A stretch of 63,929 nt of DNA, filler included, from Octopus bimaculoides (lineage: Eukaryota), in the NCBI RefSeq assembly GCF_001194135.2. It is 7 parts of 7 records of this genome, joined end to end, with 100 filler letters (N's around TTAATTAATTAA, not from the genome) between each part and the next. Parts side by side here need not be neighbours in the genome. Positions count along the whole stretch, not along the records: positions 1 to 13,662 come from NC_068984.1; 6 more parts are not named here. One strand, given 5' to 3'. The notes under the pieces are model-generated. The model saw nothing but the letters and a program-made list of their open reading frames with translations, made no database searches and was not told where the DNA came from. The stretch's first letter is position 1. Each line of letters starts with the position of its first letter. Shown here in pieces: positions 1 to 13,762 of the stretch. The position numbers and the translations under genes were made by a program.

Positions 1-232
1 GGCACATAAAAGACACCATTTCGAGCGTGGCCGTTTTCGTGCAGGTGACACGTAAAAGCACCCACTACACTCTCTGAGTGGTTGGCGTTAGGAAGGGCAT
101 CCAGCTGTAGAAACTCTGCCAAATCAGACTGGAGCCTGGTGTTGCCATCCGGTTTCACCAGTCCTCAGTCAAATCGTCCAACCCATGCTAGCATGGAAAG
201 CGGACGTTAAACGATGATGATGATGATGATGA
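1..232 (+). mobile_element. RTE-type 3' tail / short retroposon (family C), 5' end outside window
   Basis: aaagcacccactacactc...ggcgttaggaagggcatccagc...gacgttaaacg(atg)n. The same block terminates the RTE fragments at 48.4 kb and 52.0 kb. Confidence 0.8.
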
Positions 233-244
233 TATTCCACCACC

Positions 245-1460
245 AGCAGCAAATCATCGTAATGAAACTGTACCATTGTCACATCTATCCTTTCCCAAAA
301 CAGCTCCTCTTTCTCTTTCCAGCAAAACAGCTTTCATACCTTCATTGTCCTCCTTGGGCGCCAATTTAATCCTAATTACGTTCTTCATCTTTGCAATCAT
401 TTTTTCTATCTCTACACTTTTTGTGTATTGTACCATTGTTCTTAGATTTTTCCCTTTTGGTGTCACTCTCTGTTTTCTTTTACCAATCTCTTCTTCTGTT
501 ACTTATATTCCTATCTCTGTATGTCTCCCATTCTCTCTTTCATTTTCCTTTTTCTTCTGTACTCTCTTCTCCTTGCTAGATGATGGTAACGGTCTCTGCG
601 TTCACTCCTCACTTACATTTGTTGACCTTTAATTTTTTTCTCTGCTCGTTCGTTTATTCATGTTTTCCACTCTGCGTCTCCTCTCCACTTGCCTTTCTCT
701 TCTTCCTACGACTCTTTGGTGGTGAGTCTGAGTTACTTTTCTTCCTCTTTACCACTGTATACTGTTCTTCCATTTTTTCCTCCTCTACGATTAAACTCTC
801 TTCTTCTTGATGTTCCTTCTCTATCTCCTCCTCTTCGTGTTTTTGGGGATACTTAGCTTTCATGTGTCCCCTTACTCCACATAGATAGCACACGGGAGGT
901 CTTCCTTCCGCCACAATTCTCAACCTTGTCTCGTCCGGTAGTACCAATTTTTCTGCAATTCTGTGGAGGTCTGGTAAGCTTATATGAACTGATACCTTCA
1001 GTCCATATACCAATGAGTTCACCTCCGTAGTTCTTGTGGTCTTTAATATTTGGGTATCGTCCTCTGTGTTATAGAGGATGGCTGCTACCAGCCATGCCTC
1101 ATCAATTTCTGGGGGCACTCTACCAATCCTTAGTCTGGCTGCACGTTTGCCACAGTAGGTTGGTAGTAGCACCCACTCAGTTGATCTCAAAGGCAGTGGA
1201 GTGTTTTATCACTTCTTCACTCACGAAGCGTACCTCCACTGTCCTGTATTTCTTTCCTCTAGTGTAGTATGTCGTTAACTCTGTCTTTTTCTGCAGTGAT
1301 GCGATGGTAGTGTTGGTTGTCATTATTGCTACCACCTTCTATGTTTTGTGGCATGGATGAGGTAGCTTGGCTGGCAGAAACAGAAAGACACTGATTATTA
1401 CCTGCAACTGCCACTCTCTCTCTTGTTGTTTGTTTGGTGACGAGAGCTCCACCATATTGA
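245..1460 (-). mobile_element. Decayed zinc-knuckle ORF1-like retroelement (L1/Tx1-ORF1-like), copy 1
   Basis: ORF 654-1190 contains RLRIVAEGRPPVCYLCGVRGHMKAKYP (CCHC knuckle, last Cys lost) followed by an E/K-rich linker. Frameshifted upstream remnant RGKKYRTVEVRFVSEE. Downstream ORF 254-466 aligns to 7238-7624. Confidence 0.65.
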
Positions 1461-1584
1461 TATATGAAGAAAAAATCTTTGAAAGGAAAACTTTCCATTC
1501 AAAATTTTACCCCTTAGGGCAGACTTGCAGGAGCAATGCACAACATCTGTTGAGACACAACCAACCAAAAATAATAACCCTTTC

Positions 1585-1780
1585 TTCTATAAGCACAAGG
1601 CCTGAAATTTGGGGGAGGGGGATAGCCGATTACACTAACCCCAGTACTCAACTAGTACTTATTTTATTGACCCCGAAAGTCAACCTCAGTGGAATTTGAA
1701 CTCAGAACGAGAAAACAGATGAAATGTCACCAAACATTTTGCCTGGCGTGCTAACAATTTTGCCAGCTCACCACTTCGAA
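1585..1780 (-). mobile_element. tRNA-derived SINE family A (Meta-domain-like core)
   Basis: Reverse complement of the gagctggca...gttctgagttcaaattcc...ggggtcaataaaataagtac...ggccttgtgc consensus seen intact at 11383-11578. Confidence 0.8.
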
Positions 1781-1809
1781 TAACCAAACAAAAATGATAA
1801 TAATAATAC

Positions 1810-3270
<1,461 letters not shown>

Positions 3271-3379
3271 CTGAAATAAAAGAACAGCATAAGATATAGA
3301 GTATATTCAAAAAGTATTTGCTATATATCTACAGTAAAAGACTAGACATAAACCTTTAATCAATGTATCAATCTAATAT

Positions 3380-3450
3380 ATAAATTCGACGACTGGCACC
3401 CATGCCAACATCGTCTCCTTCATTGGACACGAAACTCAGCTTGCGAAGAC
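3380..3450 (+). mobile_element. RTE 3'-UTR subrepeat fragment
   Basis: gactggcacccatgccaac...cattggacacgaaactcagcttgcgaagac also occurs at 51605-51665 and, inverted, at 48620-48760. Confidence 0.65.
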
Positions 3451-3735
3451 TTCTTCTACTATAGTGAGTGGATTTGGTAGACGGAAACTGAAAAAAACCC
3501 ATCGTATATATGTTTATATATATGTTTGTGTGTCTGTGTTTGTCCCCCTAACATCGCTTGACAACCGATGGTGGTGTGTTTACGTCCCCGTAACCTAGCG
3601 GTTCAGCAAAAGAGACTGACAGAAGAAGTACCAGGTTTCCAAAGAATATTTCCTGGGGTTGATTTGCTTGACTAAAAGGCGGTACTCCAGCATGGCCACA
3701 ATCAAATGACTGAAACAAGTAAAAGAGAAAAGAGA
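3448..3735 (+). mobile_element. SINE family B (CORE/OR2-like), 5'-truncated
   Basis: cttctactatag...gtggatttggtagacggaaactgaa...tttacgtccccgtaac...caaatgactgaaacaagtaaaagag. The family name is from recall. Confidence 0.75.
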
Positions 3736-3779
3736 AATATACAACAGATGGCGTAGATTCCTTTTATATTGGAATTTAA

Positions 3780-6665
3780 TGCAAAAGATTTTTTACCATG
3801 GGCGGGGAGAGGGATTTCAGAAAATTCACATTTGTTTCTTCCTAACATTTAGAAAATTGGTATTTTTAAATGAAATTTTTAACAGATACCTTTCAGAGTG
3901 TGTATATTACGATTATATCAGAATTTAATTGGGAAAGAAAAAATTGGTGGGCTTACATATATACATACTGACACATAGAACATAACTACAAAAGGAAACC
4001 TGAAATTTTGAAAAAATTGTGATGTGATGTATGTGTTCACGATTTTCTTTTTTTATATTAAATTCCGATATATTCGTAATCTACACACTCTGAAAAGCAT
4101 TTGTAGAACATTTCCTAAAAAGAACTCATTTTTCTGAAAGTTTTAGGAAACACCCTCGTTTTCGGATACGGAGGTTCCAGAAAATTGCCAAAAATCGGCA
4201 TTGTGAAATTCCCCGCCTCCCTTTCCCCCCAACTTCTTCAATTTTGACTTTTTTCCCCAACAGTAACCCTAAAACCCTAACATTAACCCTAAAACCCCAA
4301 ACCGTAACCGTAAGTACAGAAATGTTTTGAAATTTTTGTCCGAATCNNNNNNNNNNNNNNNNNNNNNNNNNNNNNNNNNNNNNNNNNNNNNNNNNNNNNN
4401 NNNNNNNNNNNNNNNNNNNNNNNNNNNNNNNNNNNNNNNNNNNNNNNNNNNNNNNNNNNNNNNNNNNNNNNNNNNNNNNNNNNNNNNNNNNNNNNNNNNN
4501 NNNNNNNNNNNNNNNNNNNNNNNNNNNNNNNNNNNNNNNNNNNNNNNNNNNNNNNNNNNNNNNNNNNNNNNNNNNNNNNNNNNNNNNNNNNNNNNNNNNN
4601 NNNNNNNNNNNNNNNNNNNNNNNNNNNNNNNNNNNNNNNNNNNNNNNNNNNNNNNNNNNNNNNNNNNNNNNNNNNNNNNNNNNNNNNNNNNNNNNNNNNN
4701 NNNNNNNNNNNNCTGAGTAAGTATGCCGAGTTTTGGAGTAGCTGTCGCTATTTCATGGGGGAAGGAAACAGACACGAAAGTAAAAATTTAAACTTTGGAG
4801 AAAAAAAAATTCTTTTACAATTGTGATCCCCGTTCTATGAGACAGGGATACTAAAACAGGGGAATCCTTAATCTTAGTTAAACTGAATACCTACACAAAT
4901 GTACTCCCATTCTACCGATTTGGTTTCCTCATAACTTTCAGAAAAATGGATATTTTGGATGAAACTTTCTACAAATACGCATCAAATGGTGCAAATTATG
5001 ATTATATAGGAATTTAACGTCAAATTTTTTTTTCCAAGGATAGGGTGAGGAGTTTCGGAAAATTCACAAAATAACTCTAGCCACCGGTTGTACGTATTCT
5101 TTACCTTCACCAATAACTTCCAGAGTGTATAGATTACGATTATGTCGGAATTTAATCTGAAAAATAAAATTCAAGTTTCTTTTTGTAGATAAATGTGATG
5201 TGTATCAGTATATAGTGTACGAGCCCACCAATTTTTTAAACTGTTTTTTTTTATTCATATTAAATTTCGATATAATCGGAATAAACACCATCTGAAGCGT
5301 ATTTGTAGAAAATCTCATTAAAAATTATCCATTTTTCTGCAAGTTATGAAGCAATAAAGTCGGCGGGGCATACTTGTGTAGGTATGCTGCCAATTTCATG
5401 TCCCTTTTACTTCCCCATGAGGTAGTGATAATTTAAAAGTACATATACGGCACGTATTTATTTGCAGAGTCCACAAATTCTAGTACATGAGAATAATCAT
5501 ACAGACTGTCGTCAGTTACAAGAATGTTGACAAACTCATCATCACTGTCACCAAGGACCGGTTCCAGTGCCTCTCGTGCCATCACGCATTTAGTCACACT
5601 ACTGGCCGGCTAACAAAGTTAAACAAGTTTCAGAAAGTTTTTAGGGAGAGAGAACTCAAAATTTAGTCATTAAAAATATATAACGGTAACTTACGAAATG
5701 AGTATTACCAGTAATGCTGGGGGAAAAAGAAACTTAGAAATATAAATTACGCAAACGAACTTTCAGAGGAAAGAAACTAAACAATCTTCTAACCGTAGTT
5801 TCGTACTCATTCTACTATCAGTCCAGAATACCAACTGTCGCATAATTGATAATAATAATTCCACAAGATATATGTCAAAACTAAACAAATTTATAAACTG
5901 TAAGTTGTGAACAAATACTTAATAGTGACATGGACGTTCCGATTTTGTTTTTCTCAACATTCAGAAAAATGGATATTTTTAAATGAAATTTTCTACAAAT
6001 ATCTTCTAGATAATGTAGATTCCGATTATATTGGAATTTGGGAAAGACTTCCTTTTGTACACCCATTATTTATTTATTTATTTATATTTTTTTACATAAA
6101 CGACCGTTTAGGGTATGGAGATTACGAATCTGAAAAAAAGAAAAAAGAATGGCATAAGCCGGCATTTCAAAATTTCAATTAAACGCCCAATTTCTTCATT
6201 TTGGACTTTTTTCAGATTTTTTTTTTTTTTCCTCTTTTGCAAAATATGTGGAAAAATACGGAGATTATGATTCTGAAAAAATTTCCAAAAATTTTTTGTA
6301 AAATTTCAATTTAAAAAAAAAAAAAAATTACCCCTCCTCCCCTCGCAGTCTACGGTATAAACACAAAGTTTTGAAAACCTTTTCGCCATTGCGCTTGCGT
6401 TGACTGCTACGCTAAAAGTATTTATTTATTTATTTATTTTTACAGAAACCACCGTTTTCGAGTACTGAGATTACAAATCTGAAAAAAATTGGCAAAAATC
6501 GGCATTTTAAAATTTCAATTCCCCACCCCCTCCCAAATTTCTTCATTTTTGACTTTTTTCAGAATTTTTTTTTTTTTGCAAAATACGGAGATTATGAATC
6601 TGAAAAAAATTTCCAAAACCTTTTGTAAAATTTCAGTTTTGTTCTTAAATCTGAATTCAAATTCG
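3780..6665. repeat. Array of ~85-bp motifs in alternating orientation plus ~200-bp tandem units (foldback/MITE-like non-autonomous DNA element)
   Basis: Motif cagaaaaatggatattttt...ctacaaata...gattacgattatatcggaatttaa at ~3845(+), ~4058(-), ~4935(+), ~5110(+, partial), ~5258(-) and ~5958(+). gagatta..aatctgaaaaaa units at 6117-6310 and 6465-6650. Confidence 0.6.
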
Positions 6666-6666
6666 G

Positions 6667-7815
6667 ATGTTGGTAATATTGGTTTTCGAAAAATTAAATA
6701 CATGTGCTAAAATGAGGTCGATTCACATTGAAATACTAAGTTTTTCGAATAAAGCGCAAAGGAAAATGTTTCTCCAAATCCAATCTATTGGTGGCACAGT
6801 GGCGGAATCAAAAGTGCGCAACTGGTGGGGATTTGGACTCGAAATGTGGCTTTTTGCTTCATTCGAGGACATGGAAAGAATTCCCTACCAGATAGAAATA
6901 GAGTATGAGAGAACGTTAAATGTCGTAGTCGAGGGAAGGAAACCAAATTGCTACATATGCGAGGAGAGAGGTCATATGAAGACCAAATGCCCCCTATATG
7001 AGTTCACACAGCCACAGCAAGAGAAAGCACAAGCAGAGGAGGAAAACATTGGAGACCACACTGAGGAAATGAAAGAGAGACAGAAGTGTGAAACAAAGAA
7101 AACAAAGGAGAAGAACGAAAATGGAGCTACTAACCCTAAAAAGCGAAGGAAAAATAAGTCAAAGGAACGGTCAACAGAAAACAAAAAAGAGATAGAAAAG
7201 CCAGAAACTAGAAGAGGAGGAGAGAACGGATAAAAATGTGAAATACAAGGGGTTTTTGATAAAGTACGAGAATTGCGAGCAGATGGAGAAAAAAGTCGAG
7301 AGGCTGGAGGAAATAATAAGAGTGAACATGCCTGAGAAATGTGCTGAAAGATGCATTTTGATACATGAGGAAAACTACTGGGAGTACATAAAAGAACTTG
7401 GTGAAAATATAACAACGATAAGGGTATGGTTGGTGGAGACACCACCCGCTAGAACTGATTATTTGCAGTTGATAAGGACACAAGTAACAGTGATTAATGG
7501 GAGAAAGGTAACGCGAGTGTTTCAATTTTTTGAGTTGCAAAACAGTCAAAATGTTTACATGATGTTTAACGTAAAAATGAAAAACTGGATAAATGTAACC
7601 ACGCGACTTCGAGGGGTCGAGTAGACATTGCGCCTCATTTTTTCTTTCTTGCATATTATCATTTTATTTTAATTTTTCTTCTACTATTATCATTCGCTTT
7701 TGTAATTTTTTTAGTTCCCCGATTTTATGTTTGTTGCGTTTTGTACCGTCTTTAAGTTTTGTGATGTCTTAAAAATTCTTTGTATAGCCCTTTATGGGTA
7801 ATAAAGAAATAGGTA
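6667..7815 (+). mobile_element. Zinc-knuckle ORF1-only retroelement, copy 2 (ORFs 6667-7233 and 7238-7624, T-rich 3' UTR, AATAAA)
   Basis: LNVVVEGRKPNCYICEERGHMKTKCP is an intact CX2CX4HX4C knuckle. The second ORF is in another frame and has no APE or RT motifs. The element ends gtatagccctttatgggtaataaagaaat. Confidence 0.7.
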
Positions 7816-7980
7816 TTTCGCCCATCCTTACGTTCTGAGTTCAAATTCCACCGAGGTTGACTTTGCCTTGCATCCTTTCGGGGTCGATAAATTAAGTACC
7901 AGTTGCGTACTAGGGTCGATCTAATCGACTAGCCCCCTTCCTCAAAATTTCGGCTCTTGTGCCTAGAGTAGAAAAGATTA
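7815..7980 (+). mobile_element. SINE family A, 5'-truncated
   Basis: cttacgttctgagttcaaattccaccgagg...cctttcggggtcgataaattaagtaccag...gtgcctagagtagaaaag. Confidence 0.85.
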
Positions 7981-8794
7981 TATTACAGGTTAGTAGATTG
8001 AGAATTAACGTGAAATGAGGTGGCAAAAAAAAAAAAAAATTCAAAACAAAGAACTGATGGGCGTTTTGCACTCCGACTGTTCGACTTTTGGATTTTTTTC
8101 AATGGACAATTGGAAATGATACCTGCAATGCGTGCAGGGATTATCTGGGAACATTGGTAGAATGGTCATTTGATATGTAAATGTTAATTAATGCTGTGGT
8201 AGCTCAAGAAAAGACTCTAAATAAATGTGGAGAATAAACTACATGTATTTAGTAGGGTGTTTCTCAGAGCCTTCATATCTCTTAGATTGATATAATAAGT
8301 GCCAGTCATGTACGATTCTCCATTTACTTTCTCTCCAAAATGTGTCATATTGTGCAGAAATCAGCATTATTTTATTGTAGTGGTTTAGCGTGCAGTTTGA
8401 CTGCTCCGTTTCTTAAACATATCATCAACATATGTCTGACCCCTCCACACAAGCGAAGGCGGTTGCCCTGTGTAGTCCACACACTCCTCGCTACACCACT
8501 GTTTTATCGATGACGATAACAGAAAAACAAATTGACTCTGGCGCAATTCGAACAGTTAAAAGAATGAACTTTGAATAAACATTTTAGAGTAAATAATGAC
8601 TTTTATCACCTTGAAACTAGAATAAAATTTGCAGAGAAGTACACTCACTTAAATCGACTCTGGTAGATATGCTTTTAGTAAAACTGATGGGGTTAGAAGG
8701 ATCTCTCACGTTATGTGAACTTAGAGAAACGGAATTCTTCATTGTAAATGCAAAAGAATTAGTCCGGAACTCCACCATTCCAACTAATGCTCCT

Positions 8795-8895
8795 CTGTCT
8801 GTCTGTCTGTCCCTCTTTCTCTCTGCCTGTCTCTGTTTCTCTCTCTCTCTCTCTCTCTGCCTGTCTCTGTTTCTTTCTCTCTCACTCTCTCTCAG
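8795..8895. repeat. (TCTG)n/(TC)n microsatellite
   Basis: Directly visible. Confidence 0.9.
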
Positions 8896-9289
8896 ATGAT
8901 AAGAGTAAAATATTCCAAAGCCGTTTGACAATCTGTGACTCGAAGGTACATGATACTTGTCAATTATTTTACGTCATAGATATCTGTCTTGTTCATTTGT
9001 CATTATCAATCATGTGTAACTGCAAAAATAAACAGATGCCTTTCCACAAGAATGCAGTATTAGCGTTAGTTTGCGTGTTTCAACTGATGTCTGTTTTAAT
9101 CTAATCAAATATAATGATTTAGCAAAGAGATTAGTTTGCATACGCCCTTTTAGCCTTTTTATTATTTTTTTTATTTAATTATTTGATTTCGCGACACAAG
9201 CGACATTTGAAATTATAATTGAAAAGCAAACACTATTAAAACAGACTTCCAACTTCAGTAGAGATATGTTCAGCCCTTCCCTTCGGTAC

Positions 9290-10330
9290 CAAAATAGGAT
9301 ACGCCAGAAATGAACTTGCATGCATCCAGAGCAAGTGCAGCAAGGCAGAGGAGAAGGTGACCCACACCACACGCTTCCTAGAGATATTGAAAACCAACGG
9401 GTACTCTATATCCATTGTAAATTGGCTTAAGTACCCAAGACGACAAACACGCCGAACACACAGAAAACCCAGCAACACATGCTTTCTTAAAATACCCCAT
9501 TTTAGCGAGAGGATAACTACAGCCATGCGAAGAGCCACAAGAAGAGAAGGACTAGACATACGACTAGCCCACTCCGGCCGCTCTCTGAGAAGACACCTCG
9601 CAAAGAAACCAGTAAGGGACAGCAATCAATGCATACTAGCTAACTTCCCCATCCGTGACACAGATTTATGCCAACGGGTAAATGTTGTGGATAGACTACA
9701 ATGTAACAAATGCAACAGGTTCTATGGGTAGCACAAGACCGTTACACATTCGCATCAAAGAATATCTGAACAAGAGAGCCTTCTTCTTCAGAAAACATCT
9801 TGACAGATGCATAACAGTCACAAGTGAGGCCAATGAAAGAAATCTAGGTAATATAAGAATTAAGGAAGCTATCCTCATAGACAGACTAGGGCCCCAAATT
9901 AACAACAGGCTGGCGGTTGGTAGTCAATATGTTATTTAGCTACATCTGGGTGCGTGTAGGTTCATTTTTTATAACATGCTCATGTATTATATTAAAAAAA
10001 GGGAAAAAAAGAAACTGCGCGTATAATACATAACTTAGAAGCAGCGCTGCGGATGTGCCAACACACACGAGCTTGAGGCATGGCCACCCTCACGCACTTC
10101 TCATGAGGAATTCCGGAAAGAGCTTCGTGAGACCGCTGCAGAGACGCTTACGGAAAAAAGAAATTTCAGTAACTGTTGGAAAACCGATTATAGCAGTGAT
10201 TTGATCAATTCCTAGCGCTATCTGAAGAAGAAATTGTTGTATTTCGAAATATTATTATTATATCAGACAATGAATAATTAAATTATAACAGTTATTATAG
10301 TCCAGTCTGCATTGTTGTGCCTTCAAGACA
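9290..10330 (+). mobile_element. Penelope-like element fragment: RT thumb/linker plus GIY-YIG endonuclease (frameshifted) and terminal repeat region
   Basis: ORF 9357-9731 ...FLEILKTNGY...LKIPHFSE...CNKCNRFYG, then frameshift to GSTRPLHIRIKEY...RIKEAILIDRLGPQINNR. This fits the PLE C-x2-C, Y-x-G-x-T-R-x-L-x2-R-x2-E GIY-YIG pattern. Confidence 0.8.
10214..10270 (+). ncRNA. Degenerate minimal type-I hammerhead ribozyme-like motif in the Penelope terminal region
   Basis: CTGAAGA (10222-10228), extra A, stem II GAAAT/ATTTC, GAAA (10246-10249), stem III ATAT/ATAT, AUC triplet ending 10264. Stem I is poorly paired. Confidence 0.4.
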
Positions 10331-11334
10331 CGTTATATTTTACAAACAATACACAATGCTTCAAGCGAACTTCGATACTCTCCTACTTTTAAAACAGCTT
10401 TGCATATTTTGAATTTCCACAAAGAAAAAAAGAAAGAAAGAAAGAAAACACATACATAACCTAAAATGAGAGAACATAACCACATTAAAAAGACCGTTTG
10501 ATCGTGTTAAGAAGTCAGTATCGTTTCTTATTCATTACTTTTCGAGATTTATAAATATTCAGTTAATTAGTTATATATTCAATTGGTTACAAATTTGATA
10601 ATTTCCATTAAGTTATTAAAATTAATTTTTACAGACATGATATATCTGTAAAGACAAAGGAGAGAGAGGAAGAGATAGTGAGAGAGAGAGGGGATGGAAA
10701 GACCAAGCTCTGTTTGTAAATGACACTTCATTTCTAAATACATGTCGACTGTTTTTTGAGGATCTTTGATGTGATGAGATTCTTCTGTTACAGTAATATG
10801 TCAGAAGAAAAAAAAAATCGACATGATCTCAAGATTTCAAACTTTGAAAGCAATTCGGTATGTATTCTGTACAAGTCATTGTACATGAGAAAAGATGTGA
10901 AAAACTATTGCTATTAAATCCAGAACGTTCAATTTCTGTTGATCAAGAGTTCATAACTCAAAATATTCGTCAGTCACTTTCTGAAGGTATTTCAGTGCCT
11001 AGTGTATCTCCCTAGCGTGCGTAGGAAGTGAATGTGATGATTGTAACAGATGATTCCAAACATTGCAAGAAGCGAATGTGCATTGATTATTCGTCTGCTC
11101 TAAACATCTAATCGTTTTTTATGCATAAACTTCATGAAACGTTATAACTGTGATGAAAAGTTTAGCAAATATATAATATTTCAACTTTTGATTGTAAGGA
11201 TGCATATAATCAATTGCGCATTAGTAATTTTGATAAACCTTTTATAGTGTTTGAAGTTAATGGCTGACTCTATCAGCTTATCTGTATATAGTTTGGATTT
11301 TCTGTTGGTAATGTCAGGCAGCGAGCTAGCAAAA

Positions 11335-11578
11335 TCGTTAGCACACTGGACAAAAATTCTTAAGGCGGCGAGCTGGCAGAAACGTTAGCACGCCGGGCGA
11401 AATGCTTAGCGGTATTTCGTCTGTCTTTACGTCCTGAGTTCAAATTCCGCCGAGGTCGACTTTACCTTTCATCCTTTCGGGGGTCGATAAATTAAGTACC
11501 AGTTGCGTACTGGAGTCGATCTAATCGACTGGCTTCCTCTCCCAAACTTTCGAGCCTTGTGCCTAGAGTAGAAAAAAG
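11335..11578 (+). mobile_element. Full-length, CpG-intact SINE family A with a duplicated head
   Basis: aggcagcgagctagcaaaatcgttagcac followed by aggcggcgagctggcagaaacgttagcacgccgggcg... with a tRNA-like B box (gagttcaaattcc) and core cctttcatcctttcggggtcgataaattaagtaccag. Confidence 0.85.
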
Positions 11579-12759
11579 TTTCTATTGGTAATGTAAAATT
11601 TGGTAAAATTATCTAAGGCTCCAAAAAGTTATTAAAAAAATTCGTCGAAAAATAAAACCTATACTACATTTGTCCTTATCTTCACACCATCAGTATTCAT
11701 GGTAGAAATCAGGTAGTACAGAAAACGATGCTTGAAAAATTTCTAACAGCTACAGAAAAGAGGAAGTTGATTTTTAATGTTATGTCTACAACTTCAGCCA
11801 ATCTTTCCGAGTTGGTAACTTGAAAATAGTCCAATTAAGCTGGATCCTAATCGGCTGGAACCACTTCTATAATTACCACCACCTTCTAATCTTTTAATTT
11901 TCCAGTGGTTGCTTGGTATGTTCACTCACTCATTTCATTGTGTTGGTACGGATTAATAGTTATATTCGCTGCAAAGGAAACATTTCAAACAAAAATCGTT
12001 TTAGAAATTAAGAATTTTCTATACTGATATAACAAAACTAATAATTTTCGTTTGCTACTGCTATCTGCATTTTTTAACACTATACATCTATAAGAGATGT
12101 TATCTCAGAACAAATACGGCAGTTCATTAGGCTTTCAGTCTAGTCTAAGTATGATATACAGAATACTATCTGGTCTAAGTATGATATACAGAATACTATT
12201 TTGAACTAATACTGCTTCCATCACACATAACGAATGCGTGTGTGTATGTGTTATAATACAACAATTTTATTAGATCTTATATATATGTGTGTGTGTGTGT
12301 GCGCGCGTGTGTTTGTGTGTGTGGGGGGGGAGACAGAAATACAAACATACATATATGTGTGAATATGATCTGTATATGTTGTGTGTGTGTGTGTGTGCGC
12401 GCGCGTGCGCGCACCTGTGTCTGAATTTGAGAATGCTTGTGTGCAAAAGTGAGCAGAAAACAAAATACTATTTGTTCATCGCCTACTTTAAACATACTAA
12501 ACAATTCTGTTACATGTCACTGTCCTTCTTAAAATACTTGACGGCCCTCTTATCTTGAGGCAATCACCAAGTTAGATATTTAGGAAAAGGTCAATATTTC
12601 ATTCAAAATCTACGAGCCTCTAGAAATATCTTTGTAAGAATTCTATACACTTTGGAAATTGATGGTGGTTGTAAAAGTGAAGCACATCACTTCAACAAAA
12701 TATAAGATATTGCATAAATTAAATCTAGCATTCAATGAGTTGCAAATACTTTACTTGAG

Positions 12760-12935
12760 TAAGGCATTGCTAAGTGATTAAGAAATGTGATTCATAATCA
12801 TGAGGTTACGAGTTCGATATCACCGTGTGGTATTTTGAGGAAGTGTCTTCTGTAGCTTCGAGTCAACTGAAGCCTTATGAGTGAAAGTGGATAGACGGAA
12901 AGGAAATTGTATTCAATAGTTCAATCCTTACGCAT
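12760..12935 (+). mobile_element. Decayed SINE family B
   Basis: gaggaagtgtcttctgtagcttcgagtcaactgaagccttatgagtgaaagtggatagacggaaa. Confidence 0.6.
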
Positions 12936-13169
12936 ATCGTGCCATGCTGATTCGACTTGTGAGTTACGTTAAAGATATACTTGTCTGTGGAAAACCTAGC
13001 CACTGAGTCCTTATCTTCACAGAAAGGTAGTCCAGGCGATCGAAGAACTGCCATTATCATCGTCGAAATCGATACAGGACTTATCAATTATCTGAAAACT
13101 ACTGTTACATAGAATAGATAGTAAGTAATTTATCTCCTGCATAAAAGCAGTGCTAGTTGCATTAAGATT

Positions 13170-13575
13170 GATTTGAAATTTTCGCACAAGGCCATCAATT
13201 TCGGGGGGAGGGGATAAATCGATTATATCGACCCCAGTACTCAAATGGTACTTATTTTATCAACCCTGAAAGGATGAAAGGCAAAGTGGACCCCGGGAGA
13301 ATTTGAACTCAGAACATGAAGACGGATGAAATGCCATAAGCATTTCGCCCAACGTCTAATGATTCTTATTTCTTTATTGCCCACAAGGGGCTAAACATAG
13401 AGGGGACAAACAAGGACAGACAAAGGGAATAAGTCGATTACATCAACCCCAGTGCGTAACTGTTACTTAATTTATCGACCTCGACAGAATTTGAACTCAG
13501 AACGTAACGGCAGACGAAATACCAATTTCTTTATTACCCACAAGGGGCTAAACACAGATGGGACAATACACACAT
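13170..13575 (-). mobile_element. Nested/adjacent SINE family A copies, including the gacaaacaaggacagacaaaggg tail variant
   Basis: Two aatttgaactcagaac blocks and two tttctttattgcccacaaggggctaaaca tails. Confidence 0.75.
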
Positions 13576-13662
13576 GCGGGGACAATTAACACATGATGGA
13601 ATGGAACAATGAAATTAAACAATGATGATGGGACGGCCGCGTTATTTCAATTATCTCAACAG

Positions 13663-13762
13663 NNNNNNNNNNNNNNNNNNNNNNNNNNNNNNNNNNNNNN
13701 NNNNNNTTAATTAATTAANNNNNNNNNNNNNNNNNNNNNNNNNNNNNNNNNNNNNNNNNNNN
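13663..13762. other. Artificial 100-bp scaffold spacer (44 N + TTAATTAATTAA + 44 N); linkers also at 18317, 23432, 43297, 48375, 52670
   Basis: An identical 12-mer with stops in all six frames sits centred in identical N blocks six times. Confidence 0.95.

Noticed and set aside
276-810. Hydrophobic 'membrane protein' ORFs (also 6972-7654 minus)
   Set aside because: These are antisense shadows of the purine-rich linkers of the zinc-knuckle elements.
11034-11160. GTGATGA box-C-like motifs (11034, 11150; also 32920)
   Set aside because: No downstream CTGA box D or terminal stem at a suitable distance.
13707-13718. TTAATTAATTAA recurring six times, resembling a conserved motif or spacer repeat
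   Set aside because: Always centred in 44 N + 44 N (100 bp total) and has stops in all six frames. It is an assembly linker, not biology.
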